DNA of 64,000 nucleotides from Alphaproteobacteria bacterium (GTDB lineage Bacteria; Pseudomonadota; Alphaproteobacteria; MPNO01; UBA830): NCBI GenBank assembly GCA_965243135.1, contig OZ251539.1, positions 3,776,001 to 3,840,000 of the forward strand, read 5' to 3'. Shown piece by piece: positions 1 to 9,226 of this stretch (position 1 is its first letter; each line of letters starts with the position of its first letter). The notes under the pieces were generated by a model. It saw only the letters and a program-made list of their open reading frames with translations, ran no database searches and was not told where the DNA came from. The position numbers and the translations under genes were made by a program.

Positions 1-912
1 AGACTTGAGCACGTCGACGCCTTCGGTCAGCGGCACGAAGGAGCGGAACATGTAGAAATTCAGGCCGACGAACACCAGGATCAGGAACGCGACGACCGCC
101 CCGATCGTGATGCGGCTGACGTCCCGCTGGGTGCGGGCGAGTTCGGTCACGTCCTTGATGCTGATCAGCCGCGCCACGAGGCTTCCGAGATCGGCCGTCA
201 GGGACAGAACGACGGCGGAATAGACGCGGTCGTCGACGCCGACCGTCTGCAGCGTATCCACCGCGTCGAGGCCCTCCGCGCCCTTGAGCGTTTCCCACAG
301 ATCGCTCGAAGAGCCCGCGATCAGGCGCCCGCGGCGATTGACGATCAGGACCGCCGTCTGCGTCGCCTGCTCGAGCGCGGAGATCGCCTCGCCGATATCG
401 GTGGCGTAGACGCCCATCGCGCCGCTGCCCTTGAGGGGGATGCCCAGGACGACCGCGACGTTCCGCTGCCGGTCGTTGCCGACGCCGCGGATGCGCTTGC
501 CGGCGGCGTCCTTCACCGCCGCCGGCGAAACGATCGGCGATTGCAACAGGGCGGACCGCGACGAATAGGCGAGCGAGCCGTCGCTGCGCACGATATCGAA
601 CCGGTCGGCGATCTTCTGTTCGCGGAGAGTCTCCGCGAGGCTTGCGGCCAGCCGCTGAACGTTTTCGTGATCGTCCGACGAAACCGCCGCCGCAAGTTCG
701 GCGTTTTCTCCGACCAGCCAGGCCTTGTCCTCCATGCGCGCGACCAGGTTGCTCCGTATCTGCCGCCACAGGGTGGACCGGTCCACGAGCAGGGAGCCGG
801 AGAATTGCGCCGTGATCAGTTCCTCGCGCTTGAGCGAGGCGAAGGCGAAACCGGCGCACACGATGGCGAAGGCCAGAAGGACCAGAAGGCCCGTCCGCAC
901 GCGGAGCGACAC
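1..912 (-). CDS. Membrane sensor protein with extracytoplasmic Cache-like region and TM-HAMP start; C-terminus runs off the window (possibly SpoIIE/PP2C phosphatase)
   Basis: Hand translation from GTG at 912: MSLRVRTGLLVLLAFAIVCAGFAF (TM1), a long soluble region, then ITIGAVVAFLILVFVGLNFYMFRSFVPLTEGVDVLKS (TM2 plus HAMP-like start). Output domain not visible. Confidence 0.6.
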   Translation of the reverse strand, partial: MSLRVRTGLLVLLAFAIVCAGFAFASLKREELITAQFSGSLLVDRSTLWRQIRSNLVARMEDKAWLVGENAELAAAVSSDDHENVQRLAASLAETLREQKIADRFDIVRSDGSLAYSSRSALLQSPIVSPAAVKDAAGKRIRGVGNDRQRNVAVVLGIPLKGSGAMGVYATDIGEAISALEQATQTAVLIVNRRGRLIAGSSSDLWETLKGAEGLDAVDTLQTVGVDDRVYSAVVLSLTADLGSLVARLISIKDVTELARTQRDVSRITIGAVVAFLILVFVGLNFYMFRSFVPLTEGVDVLKS

Positions 913-924
913 GTCCCCTGTCTC

Positions 925-1920
925 CTATCCGCCGGGGCTGTTCTTGAAATCGCCGATGGCGACCATGCCCATCGGCGGGTAGACGCCGAGCTCGTGCACC
1001 ACGTCCATGTTGATCCACAACTTGTAGCGCGACAGATACGCGACCGGAAGGTCCTCGGCTTTCCGCTTCTCCACCAGGATCCGTTCGGCCTGAAGCCCGG
1101 TAAGCTTGCCGATGATGTAGTAGTCGGCGACCAGTCCGAACATGGCGCGGGAGTTTCTGAGCGGCGCCTGGGTGGAGGCGAAGGTGGGCAGGCCGGCCGC
1201 TATCGCGGCCGAGGTGTACGCGTCGCCGTGGCGGGTGAGGAACGAGTCCGGTCCCATGTAGAGCAGTTCGGCGCCCATGCGCCGGGCCTCCTCCACGAGT
1301 TTCGGAAGCGCCGCCGGATCCGGCTTGCCGTTGGCGCCGAGCGGCACCGGCAGTTCGATCACCTCCATGTCCTTTTTCGGCGCGACCTCCCGCAGCTGGG
1401 ACACGTTGAGGCGGGAATTGCTCGCCGTCGTATCGTATATGACCGCCATCTTCTTGAACGGCCGGTAAGCCTTGATGGCGTTGATCTGAGCGTCCACCGG
1501 CGCGAGGAAGGCGACTCCGGTGACGGGCCGGCCCGTGCTCTCGAAGCTTTCGACGATGCCGGCCGCCTTCGGGTAGGACACGAGGGTGAACACTCCCGGG
1601 ACGCCGCGCACAAAGGACTCGGGCTTATCGGTTCCGAGCTTGCCGAAAATGCTGGAGGTCGTCCCGGTTCCCCAAGTGTATACGAGGTCGGGACGCGCGC
1701 GCTTGATTTCCTCGACGATGGCGGGAGCCTTGCCGCGGTCGAGATCCAGATTGCGCACCGTCAGGTCGAACGGTATGCCGCGCTGGGTCAGGTAGTCGCG
1801 GAAGCCGCTTTCGACCTCGGTTTCTCCCCGCCAGACCACGGCGAAGATCTTGAAGGGGTCCTGGGCGAGCGCGGAGGCCCAGGGGACGGCGGCGATCAAG
1901 GCGGCGATCAGTATTCTCAT
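925..1920 (-). CDS. ABC-type substrate-binding protein (ABC_sub_bind-like), 331 aa
   Basis: C-terminal part of ORF 925..3942. Signal peptide MRILIAALIAAVPWASALAQ, PDLVYTWGT motif, LWINMDVVHELG-type C-terminus; start overlaps upstream stop. Confidence 0.8.
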   Translation of the reverse strand: MRILIAALIAAVPWASALAQDPFKIFAVVWRGETEVESGFRDYLTQRGIPFDLTVRNLDLDRGKAPAIVEEIKRARPDLVYTWGTGTTSSIFGKLGTDKPESFVRGVPGVFTLVSYPKAAGIVESFESTGRPVTGVAFLAPVDAQINAIKAYRPFKKMAVIYDTTASNSRLNVSQLREVAPKKDMEVIELPVPLGANGKPDPAALPKLVEEARRMGAELLYMGPDSFLTRHGDAYTSAAIAAGLPTFASTQAPLRNSRAMFGLVADYYIIGKLTGLQAERILVEKRKAEDLPVAYLSRYKLWINMDVVHELGVYPPMGMVAIGDFKNSPGG

Positions 1921-3986
1921 GCGAACCTTTTCCCTTGGAGGTGGCGCATCCTTCCCGACATCGCGATCAGATAGAGCACGAGGAAGCCGAGAACGATGAG
2001 GCCTATGCCGATGACGGCGCCGCGGTAGCCGAAGCTGGAGGCGAGCGTGGCGGCGACGATCGGTCCGAGCATGATGCCCGTCCGTTCCAGCAGGCGGTAG
2101 GCGCCGATGACGGACGCCGGTCCCATCGAGCCGCGGAGCGGGTCGGCCACTTCCAGAACGATCGCCAGTTGCGACGTGAGCGACAGCGCGTGACTGACTC
2201 CGAGCGCGACGATCGCCACGACCACGGCACCCGTCGCGCCGCCGAAGAAATCGTCGACGAAGACCGAGAGGCAGCCGAGACCCGCCACCGCGCCTCCCGC
2301 CGCGACGAGAAGAGCGTAGCGTCCGGAATTGTCGGCGAAACGCGCCGCCAGCGGCGTGAACGCGATCGTGGCCGCGCCGTACAGCATGATCGACCAGCCG
2401 ATCGCGGCCTGGTTGTTGCCCAGTTCGGTCATGTAGAGGGGAACGAGGTAGAACAGGAACCCGGAGAGGATGAGCTTGCCGGGCACCGCCGCGAAGACCG
2501 CGACGGCGAGAAACCGCCAGTCGCGGAGCAGCATCTTCCATTCGGCGAGGCCCAGCGTCACCCGGGTCGTTTCCGTTCGCTTCCCGGCGTTGTCGAGCAC
2601 CTGGTAGACGATCAGCCCGGCCACGGCGGCCAGCCCCGCGGAGATCAGGAACGTGCCCGCGAAGCCGATGCGGTCGGCCAGGATGCCGCCTATCGAGGGC
2701 CCGCAGACGGTGCCGGCGAAAACCGCCCCGACGAACACCGCCATGCCCTGGGCGCGCTGGCGCTCGTCCGTGTTCTGGGCGACCCACGCCTGGGACGCGA
2801 TGAAGATGAACCCGTACCCGACCCCCGACAGCGCCCGCCACAAGACCAAGTCGTAATACCCCTGCGCGAAGAAGGTGCCCGCGTAGCCGGCGATGGCCGG
2901 CACGAGGCCGATCAGGAACGTTCGCCGGGCGCCCAGCCGGTCGGCCAGTCCGGCCCCGAACGGCGTGACGACCGCCGCCGCCAGCATGAAAAGCGTTATC
3001 GGCAAGCCGATCAGCAGTTCGTTGGAGAAGAAGGTGGCTTCGGGACTGAAACGGGCCACGAAAAGCGGCAGGAACGAGCGCGACAGTTCTTCGGAGAATA
3101 TGAACAGGAACAGGGGAGCGCGTATGTGCATGGCGCTGCGCGGCCGTTCCGCGCTTCCTCCCTCGAATCGGTAATGGATGTCGATGCGCTGGCATTCGTC
3201 CTCGATTCGCTTCGTCACCCCTTCGTCGATCTGCGCGTTCTGGATTTCCCGCGCCTCGGCGCGGAAATCCTCGTAACGCTGGAGCAGGTCCCGCGAAATG
3301 CGGTTGAAGCACGAGATCGCCCTGCCGATCTCGTCCCGCGTCCGCAGCGCGATGCGGTTGGCGAAGGTTCCGGCCGCTCCCTCGCGGAAGGCGTCCTCGA
3401 GCCGCTGCAGCGGTCCGGAAACCCGCACGTTCACGAAGAACACGAAGAACTCCAGCGCCACCAGCCACGATATGCCGATGACGGTGATGATCTCGTAGAG
3501 GATGTCGGAAAGCCGGTCGCGGACGTATTCGTTCTTGACGCCGACGTGCAGCGTGCCGGCGGCGATCGAAAAGGCGCTGTCGATGTAGCCGGCCTCCGTC
3601 GCGGGCGGACCCGGCGCGATCCCTTCCGGGAGCCCGCGCGCGAACAGCAGTTCGGAGGCCGGCCCCCGCATCGCCAGATAGGCGATGTCCGGATTGGCGG
3701 CGAGCACCTTGTCGAAGAACTCCCCGACCTCGACCAGCTCCCGCGGCGGAATGCCGAGCCTGTCGACGGCGAATTCGATCTGTCCGGCGACGGAGTTTCC
3801 GACCGTCTGCGCCTTCTGGCCGAGTTGCGGCGCGAGGTCGCGCTCGAAACCCGTGACCGCGAACCACGCGACGACGATCTGGCCGACCAGAAGCGCCGCC
3901 AGGGCGAGAACCACGAGCTTTCCGAGCACGCCGCTGCGCCACGCGTTGACGCCCATCGCGACGCGCCTCCCCGGTCGCCGGCTCAT
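1917..3986 (-). CDS. MFS transporter fused to an N-terminal TM-periplasmic-TM-HAMP sensor module, about 689 aa
   Basis: HAMP-like GPLQRLEDAFREGAAGTFANRIALRTRDEIGRAISCFN, then multi-TM MFS with motif A GLADRLGARR; ATGA overlap at 3983-3986. Confidence 0.8.
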   Translation of the reverse strand: MSRRPGRRVAMGVNAWRSGVLGKLVVLALAALLVGQIVVAWFAVTGFERDLAPQLGQKAQTVGNSVAGQIEFAVDRLGIPPRELVEVGEFFDKVLAANPDIAYLAMRGPASELLFARGLPEGIAPGPPATEAGYIDSAFSIAAGTLHVGVKNEYVRDRLSDILYEIITVIGISWLVALEFFVFFVNVRVSGPLQRLEDAFREGAAGTFANRIALRTRDEIGRAISCFNRISRDLLQRYEDFRAEAREIQNAQIDEGVTKRIEDECQRIDIHYRFEGGSAERPRSAMHIRAPLFLFIFSEELSRSFLPLFVARFSPEATFFSNELLIGLPITLFMLAAAVVTPFGAGLADRLGARRTFLIGLVPAIAGYAGTFFAQGYYDLVLWRALSGVGYGFIFIASQAWVAQNTDERQRAQGMAVFVGAVFAGTVCGPSIGGILADRIGFAGTFLISAGLAAVAGLIVYQVLDNAGKRTETTRVTLGLAEWKMLLRDWRFLAVAVFAAVPGKLILSGFLFYLVPLYMTELGNNQAAIGWSIMLYGAATIAFTPLAARFADNSGRYALLVAAGGAVAGLGCLSVFVDDFFGGATGAVVVAIVALGVSHALSLTSQLAIVLEVADPLRGSMGPASVIGAYRLLERTGIMLGPIVAATLASSFGYRGAVIGIGLIVLGFLVLYLIAMSGRMRHLQGKRFA

Positions 3987-4768
3987 GACGCCTCCTCTTC
4001 GTCGAGTTCGTCGAGCCGGTGGATTTCCGCGGTCGCGTCGTCGATCGCCTTGTGGGCGGCGATGGCCGCCGCCGCGAACGCGGCGAGATCCGGGGGGCGG
4101 CTGCGCGCGTCGGGGTCCAGGCGGCGGTTCCCGACCTCGTCGAGGTCGTCGCTGAGCGCGCCCAGCTCGCGTCGCGGCCCGCGGATCAGGGCCATCGCGC
4201 CGAGGATGCACAGGGGCGTCATTCCCAGAACGACGGCGCCGCCGACGATGAGCATCCGCGACGCCTGCGCTTCCGCGCCGGCGTCGAGAAATTCGCGCGT
4301 GTAGCGAAGCGCGAGCGATCCCACCGTCTGATCGAGGCTGTTGCGCAGCGGCATTCCGACCACGCCGGCGTCGCGCTCCAGTTCGGACCAGACGCCGCGG
4401 CCCTGAACGGCGCGCCAGGCGATCATCCACTCCTCGGAGACCAGATCCCCGACGAAGCTCGGATCCGTGCTGAAGAGCACGGTGCCCGCCTCGTTGAAAA
4501 TCTCGACGGAAAGGATCTGTTCGTCGTCCTGCAGGTATTGCTGCAGCATCGGCGACACGCCCTGGAGGTCGCTCAGCGGAAGGCCGAGGTCCATCTGGGT
4601 TTCGATTCGCTGGCGCGCGTCGTTGACGACGAAGGTGAATCGCGAAGCGAGAAAGTCGGAGAGCGTGCGTTCGAATTTGTGGACGCTCAGCACGGTCGTC
4701 ATGGCGACGCCGGCCGCCAGGATCGCGGCCACCGCCAGCGCGACCCGCAGCGCGAGACCCGAAATCAT
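3983..4768 (-). CDS. Two-TM membrane protein with periplasmic sensor-like domain, 261 aa
   Basis: N-terminal TM, Cache-like ILSVEIFNEAGTVLFSTD, second TM; first gene of the leftward operon. Confidence 0.65.
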   Translation of the reverse strand: MISGLALRVALAVAAILAAGVAMTTVLSVHKFERTLSDFLASRFTFVVNDARQRIETQMDLGLPLSDLQGVSPMLQQYLQDDEQILSVEIFNEAGTVLFSTDPSFVGDLVSEEWMIAWRAVQGRGVWSELERDAGVVGMPLRNSLDQTVGSLALRYTREFLDAGAEAQASRMLIVGGAVVLGMTPLCILGAMALIRGPRRELGALSDDLDEVGNRRLDPDARSRPPDLAAFAAAAIAAHKAIDDATAEIHRLDELDEEEAS

Positions 4769-5380
4769 GGGAGAGCCCGCCCGCCGGAAGTCACGCCCGC
4801 GGCTTCGGGAACGGCGAAGCGGCGCGGCGCTCCTCCCTGCGGAACGCGGGGGCGTCCCGACGCCCGCCCGCCGGAAACGAGCGCGGCGCGGCCGCAGCCA
4901 GCAATGCCGAAGCGCCCATGCCGCCGTATCGCGAAAGTTCGAAAGTTCGAGAATTCGTGTTGCATGTCGGCGATATTACACCGCGCTAATGACACGGTCA
5001 AGCGCAAGGCGTTTGCGCCGCCATTTTTTTCGGCCCGCCGCCCTGCCGGCGCCTCGCGGCCCGCTCCGCCCGCCCGCCGACAGGGCCGCACGGACGACCG
5101 GGCGGCGGGAAAAGGAATTCGCCCCGGCGGCGCGGCGCAACCCCGGGGCGAGCCGGGCCGCGACGCGGGCGACCGGTTGCGGAGAAGGCGGTCGGACGAC
5201 CGCGGCCGTCGCGAGGCCGAGCCGCAGGCGCGGCATGCACGCCAGGGGGTTTGCGGCAAGCGACGCGACTGCGGCGGCGGAACGACGACCGCGCTTTCAG
5301 GGGGGGATCTCTGCGAAACGACCGCGCAGCGACGCCGCCACGGACGCGCGCCCGGAGGGACGGTTAAAAATCGCACCGCG

Positions 5381-5429
5381 TCCGGAGGTCCGAAATTAGG
5401 GTTAACTCCCCCCCCCCCCCGGCTATATT
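5381..5429 (+). promoter_or_regulatory. Precursor promoter: GAAATTAGGGTT box, -35 TTAACT, C13 spacer tract, -10 TATATT
   Basis: TTAACT 5402-5407, C13 5408-5420, TATATT 5424-5429 (16-nt spacer); same box recurs at other precursor loci. Confidence 0.65.
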
Positions 5430-5461
5430 CATCGTCGAAACTTCAAGGAAGGGTATCCGTT

Positions 5462-5848
5462 ATGACAGACGCAGCAATGCCCAGCCCGGACGGCATGCTC
5501 AACGCTTACAGGAAGGTAATCCCCTTCGCGCAGGCCTATCGCGAGGACGCGGAGTTCCGCTCCCGGGTGGACGAGGATCCGAAATCCGTCATGGCCGAGC
5601 ATCACTTCGAGGTGCCGCCCGGCGTGGAAGTGCGCATCATGGAAGACACGGACGACACTTTCCACCTGGTCCTGCCGCCCGACCCGAACGTCGTCCTGTC
5701 CGACGAAGCGCTCGGCATGGTCGCCGGCGGCAAGTCGGCGAGCACGATCGGAAGCGCCGGCTCCGCCAGTACGGTCAGCACCGTATGCACCACCGCGAGC
5801 TGCGCGGCAAGCGCCGGCTCCCTGGGATCCGCGGGCACCGCGGGATAA
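5462..5848 (+). CDS. NHLP/proteusin precursor P1 (128 aa); core KSASTIGSAGSASTVSTVCTTASCAASAGSLGSAGTAG
   Basis: Leader motifs DAEFRSRVDEDPK, VRIMEDTDDTFHLVLPPDP, LSDEALGMVAGG (double-Gly cleavage site). Confidence 0.93.
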   Translation: MTDAAMPSPDGMLNAYRKVIPFAQAYREDAEFRSRVDEDPKSVMAEHHFEVPPGVEVRIMEDTDDTFHLVLPPDPNVVLSDEALGMVAGGKSASTIGSAGSASTVSTVCTTASCAASAGSLGSAGTAG

Positions 5849-5910
5849 GCCGGGAGCCCCGGCGGCCGACCGCTCGACTCGTTGTCCACAATCAAGAGGA
5901 GGATCATACC

Positions 5911-6306
5911 GTGGAATATACCGACATGACGCCCGAGGCAGTGCGGATGTACCAATCCAACTTCGCCTCGTTCAGATCGTTGTCCGATCGCTACTGGGAG
6001 GACGAGACCCTGCGCGGGCGGATCGACGCCGGGGACGTGGGAGACTTGCTCCCCGACCTCGGGATCGAGGTCTCTTCCGGCACCGACGTCCGAATCGTGG
6101 CCGACAGCGCCGACACGCGCTACATCGTCCTGCCGCCCGACCCGAATGTCCCCCTGTCGGACGAGACGCTCGGCATGGTCGCCGGCGGCGGCAAGACCGG
6201 CAGCACCGCCGGGACGGTCGGGTCGGCGAGCACCATGGCTTGCTCGTCCGTGCCGTCTTCGGCCAGTTCCGCCGGCACGGCGGGCTCGGTCGGCACCGCT
6301 GGCTGA
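5911..6306 (+). CDS. NHLP/proteusin precursor P2 (131 aa); core GKTGSTAGTVGSASTMACSSVPSSASSAGTAGSVGTAG
   Basis: GAGGAGG RBS before GTG 5911; YIVLPPDP and LSDETLGMVAGG. Confidence 0.92.
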   Translation: MEYTDMTPEAVRMYQSNFASFRSLSDRYWEDETLRGRIDAGDVGDLLPDLGIEVSSGTDVRIVADSADTRYIVLPPDPNVPLSDETLGMVAGGGKTGSTAGTVGSASTMACSSVPSSASSAGTAGSVGTAG

Positions 6307-6324
6307 CCAAGGAGGAACTTGATC

Positions 6325-6684
6325 ATGGAAATTCATGCGAGCGACTACTTGACGAAAGGAACCTACCTGAAGGACGTTCTCGATCCGGAATTTCGAGAGC
6401 GGATGCAGGCGGCTCCAGACGCGGCCTTGACGTCATGGGGCATAGATCTCCCCCCCGGCATCGATGTCAGCGTTCACGTGAACACGGACGACACTTTCCA
6501 CCTGGTCCTGCCGCCCGACCCGAACATCCCCCTGTCGGACGAGACGCTCGGCATGGTCGCCGGCGGCAAGACGGCGAGCACGATCGGAAGCGGCGGCTCC
6601 GCCAGTACGGCGGCAAGCATACCCAGCACCGCCAGCACCGCGTCAAGCGCGTCGACGGCGGCATCCATCGCCTGCGCGAGTTAG
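6325..6684 (+). CDS. NHLP/proteusin precursor P3 (119 aa); core KTASTIGSGGSASTAASIPSTASTASSASTAASIACAS
   Basis: AAGGAGG RBS; DPEFRERMQAAP, FHLVLPPDP, LSDETLGMVAGG. Confidence 0.93.
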   Translation: MEIHASDYLTKGTYLKDVLDPEFRERMQAAPDAALTSWGIDLPPGIDVSVHVNTDDTFHLVLPPDPNIPLSDETLGMVAGGKTASTIGSGGSASTAASIPSTASTASSASTAASIACAS

Positions 6685-6712
6685 GCGCAGAACCTGCCTC
6701 CTCCTTCTTTCT

Positions 6713-6746
6713 CCAGGCGCCGCTCCGCGGGCGGCGCGGCGCCTGG
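6713..6746 (+). terminator. GC-rich stem-loop between precursor genes and YcaO (terminator or mRNA stabiliser)
   Basis: CCAGGCGCCGC / GCGGCGCCTGG 11-bp inverted repeat; no U-tract. Confidence 0.45.
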
Positions 6747-6832
6747 GCGCTCGGGCGTCGGGAAAAGAGCGCGGCGGTTTGACAGAGGCCGATTGACAAT
6801 CGCAGCCGACCCGATTATGGGTTGATTCCGTC

Positions 6833-9189
6833 CGCCGCATCGGGGAGTTTTTGTGATGGAGAGCGCCAAGCCGTCCGGCGCGCCGGGCCTGTTCGACCGG
6901 CCCGCGGGCGAGGCCCGGGCCCTGTTCCGGGTCACGGAGGCGGATCGCGGCACGGTGGAGCGGCCGCTGTTGTCGCCGCATCTGGAGGTTCGCCCGCTCG
7001 GCGGCGAGGCGGCGCTGCTGGTTTCGGAGACCTTCAACGCGGCGCTCTACGGGCGGCGCTACGTCGATCTTCTGCCGCTGCTCGACGGGACGCGCACGCG
7101 CCGCGAGATCGCGGCGGCGCTGTCGGGGACGTACGGTCCGCTGGAGATCCAGACGGCGCTGGTGTCGCTGGCGTCGAAGGGCTACGCGGTTTCGGGCGAA
7201 TTCGGGCTGGACCGGGACGCGGCGGCGTTCTGGTGTTCGGTGGGCGTGTCGCCGCGGTGGGCGGAGGAGCGGCTGGGTTCGGCGCGGGTGTCGGTTTCGG
7301 GGGACGAGGGCGGTCGCCTGGGGTCGGCGCTGGCGGCGATGGGGCTGGCGGTCGTCGCGGACGGCGCGACGTTGAACGTGGTCCGGGCGTCCGACTACCT
7401 GGAGCACGAGGAGACCAACCGGCGTCATCTGGCGTCGGGGGTGCCGTGGGTTCTGGTGAAGGCCGACGGGTCGTGGCCGCTGTTCGGTCCGGTGTTCCGC
7501 CCCGGCGAGGGGGGGGCGTGCTGGGCGTGCCTGGCGCACCGGATGCGGGGCAACAACGAGGTCGAGAACTATCTGCGCAACGCGGGGGGCGCGGGCGTGG
7601 TGCCGCAGGTGACGGTTCCGCCGTTCGCGGACGCGGTGCTCGGCCTGGCGGCGACGGAGATCGCGAGATGGGTGGTTCTGGGGGATGCGGCGGCGCTGCA
7701 CGAGCATGCGCTGTCGCTGTCGCTGTACGATCTCGCCGGGGAGCGGCATCCGGTCATGCGGCGTCCGCAGTGCGCGGCGTGCGGCGAGGAGGCGCTGCGG
7801 CGCGCCGACCGCGCGCCGTCGCCGGTGGCGTTGGGTTCGAGTCCGAAGCCGGTCCGGAACAGCGGCGGCCTGCGTTCGGTTCCGCCGGGGGAGACGGTGC
7901 GCAGGTACCGCCACCTGGTGAGTCCGGTCAGCGGCGTGGTGACGCAGTTGATGCGCACCACGGACCCGGGGGATTCTTGGCTGCACGTGTACTGGGCGGG
8001 GAGCAATCTGGCGCTCAAGGCGGACAGCCTGCGCCTGCTGCGCAACAGCCTGCGGACCAAGAGTTCGGGCAAGGGCAGCACGCCGGAGCAGGCGGAGGCG
8101 AGCGCGCTGTGCGAGGCGGTGGAGCGCTACTCGGGCGTGTATCACGGGGACGAGATCCGGCGCCGGGCGCGGTTCGACGACTTCGCGGAGGGGGAGGCGA
8201 TCCACCCCAACGACGTGATGCTTTACAGCGACCGGCAGTACGAGCGCGCGGAGGAGATCAACGCCTTCGGGTCCCGGTTCAACTACGTCACGACGCGCTT
8301 CGACCCGTCCGTCGAGATGGACTGGACGCCGGCGTGGTCGCTGACGGCGGGGCGCCACCGCTGGCTGCCGACGGCTATGCTCTACTTTTCGACGCCGACC
8401 GAGGGGGGCGTCGTCTACTGCGGTCCGGACTCGAACGGCTGCGCGGCGGGGAACACCCTGGAGGAGGCGATCCTTCAGGGCTTCTACGAACTGGCGGAGC
8501 GGGACGCGTTCGCGTGCTGGTGGTACAACCGGCTGTCCATGCCGGAGGTGGACATCGACAGCTTCGGCGACGATTATCTGTCGCGGACGCGGGAGTACTA
8601 CGCCTCCTTCCGCCGCGACGTGTGGCTTCTGGACGTGACCAACGATCTCGGGGTGCCGGTGTTCGTGGCCGTCTCGCGGCGCGTCGACAAGGAGGCCGAG
8701 GACATCCTCTTCGCGCCTGGCGCGCATGCCGACCCGCATATCGCGGCGCTGCGGGCGGTGTGCGAGTTGAACCAGTACCTGAGCGCGGTGCGGGACGTGG
8801 GCATCGACGGGGGGAACTATCTCCACGACGATCCGGAGACCCTGTGGTGGTGGAAGAACGCGAAATTGGCGGAGCATCCGTATCTGGCGCCGGCGGCGGG
8901 CGCGGCGAAGCGCGGGGCGTCGGATTACCCGGTTCCGGAGACGACGGATCTGCGGGAGGACGTGGAGCGTTGCCGGGCGCTGGTGGAAGGCATGGGCCTG
9001 GAGTTCCTGGTTCTGGACCAGACGCGGCCGGACATCGGGATGCCGGTGGCGAAGACGATCGTGCCGGGTCTGCGGCATTTCTGGACGCGCTTCGGACCGG
9101 GCAGGTTGTACGACGTGCCGGTGAAGATGGGGTGGCTGAAGACGCCCACGCCCGAGGCCGACCTCAATCCCGTCGCGGTGTTCATCTGA
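6833..9189. repeat. About 2.35-kb inverted repeat, left arm (pairs with 34658-37015)
   Basis: Near-identical YcaO genes plus shared upstream CCGCCGCATCGGGGAGTTTTT. Confidence 0.9.
6856..9189 (+). CDS. Fused RRE/E1-like - YcaO cyclodehydratase, copy 1 (777 aa)
   Basis: GPVFRPG..ACWACL, RRPQCAACG, SSGKG, ALCEAVERYS, SNGCAAGNTLEEAILQGFYELAERDA, VPGLRHFW.RFGPGRLYDVPV. Confidence 0.95.
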   Translation: MESAKPSGAPGLFDRPAGEARALFRVTEADRGTVERPLLSPHLEVRPLGGEAALLVSETFNAALYGRRYVDLLPLLDGTRTRREIAAALSGTYGPLEIQTALVSLASKGYAVSGEFGLDRDAAAFWCSVGVSPRWAEERLGSARVSVSGDEGGRLGSALAAMGLAVVADGATLNVVRASDYLEHEETNRRHLASGVPWVLVKADGSWPLFGPVFRPGEGGACWACLAHRMRGNNEVENYLRNAGGAGVVPQVTVPPFADAVLGLAATEIARWVVLGDAAALHEHALSLSLYDLAGERHPVMRRPQCAACGEEALRRADRAPSPVALGSSPKPVRNSGGLRSVPPGETVRRYRHLVSPVSGVVTQLMRTTDPGDSWLHVYWAGSNLALKADSLRLLRNSLRTKSSGKGSTPEQAEASALCEAVERYSGVYHGDEIRRRARFDDFAEGEAIHPNDVMLYSDRQYERAEEINAFGSRFNYVTTRFDPSVEMDWTPAWSLTAGRHRWLPTAMLYFSTPTEGGVVYCGPDSNGCAAGNTLEEAILQGFYELAERDAFACWWYNRLSMPEVDIDSFGDDYLSRTREYYASFRRDVWLLDVTNDLGVPVFVAVSRRVDKEAEDILFAPGAHADPHIAALRAVCELNQYLSAVRDVGIDGGNYLHDDPETLWWWKNAKLAEHPYLAPAAGAAKRGASDYPVPETTDLREDVERCRALVEGMGLEFLVLDQTRPDIGMPVAKTIVPGLRHFWTRFGPGRLYDVPVKMGWLKTPTPEADLNPVAVFI

Positions 9190-9226
9190 GCGGCCTGGCC
9201 GTTCGCTTCGCCGCCGGGACCGCGCC

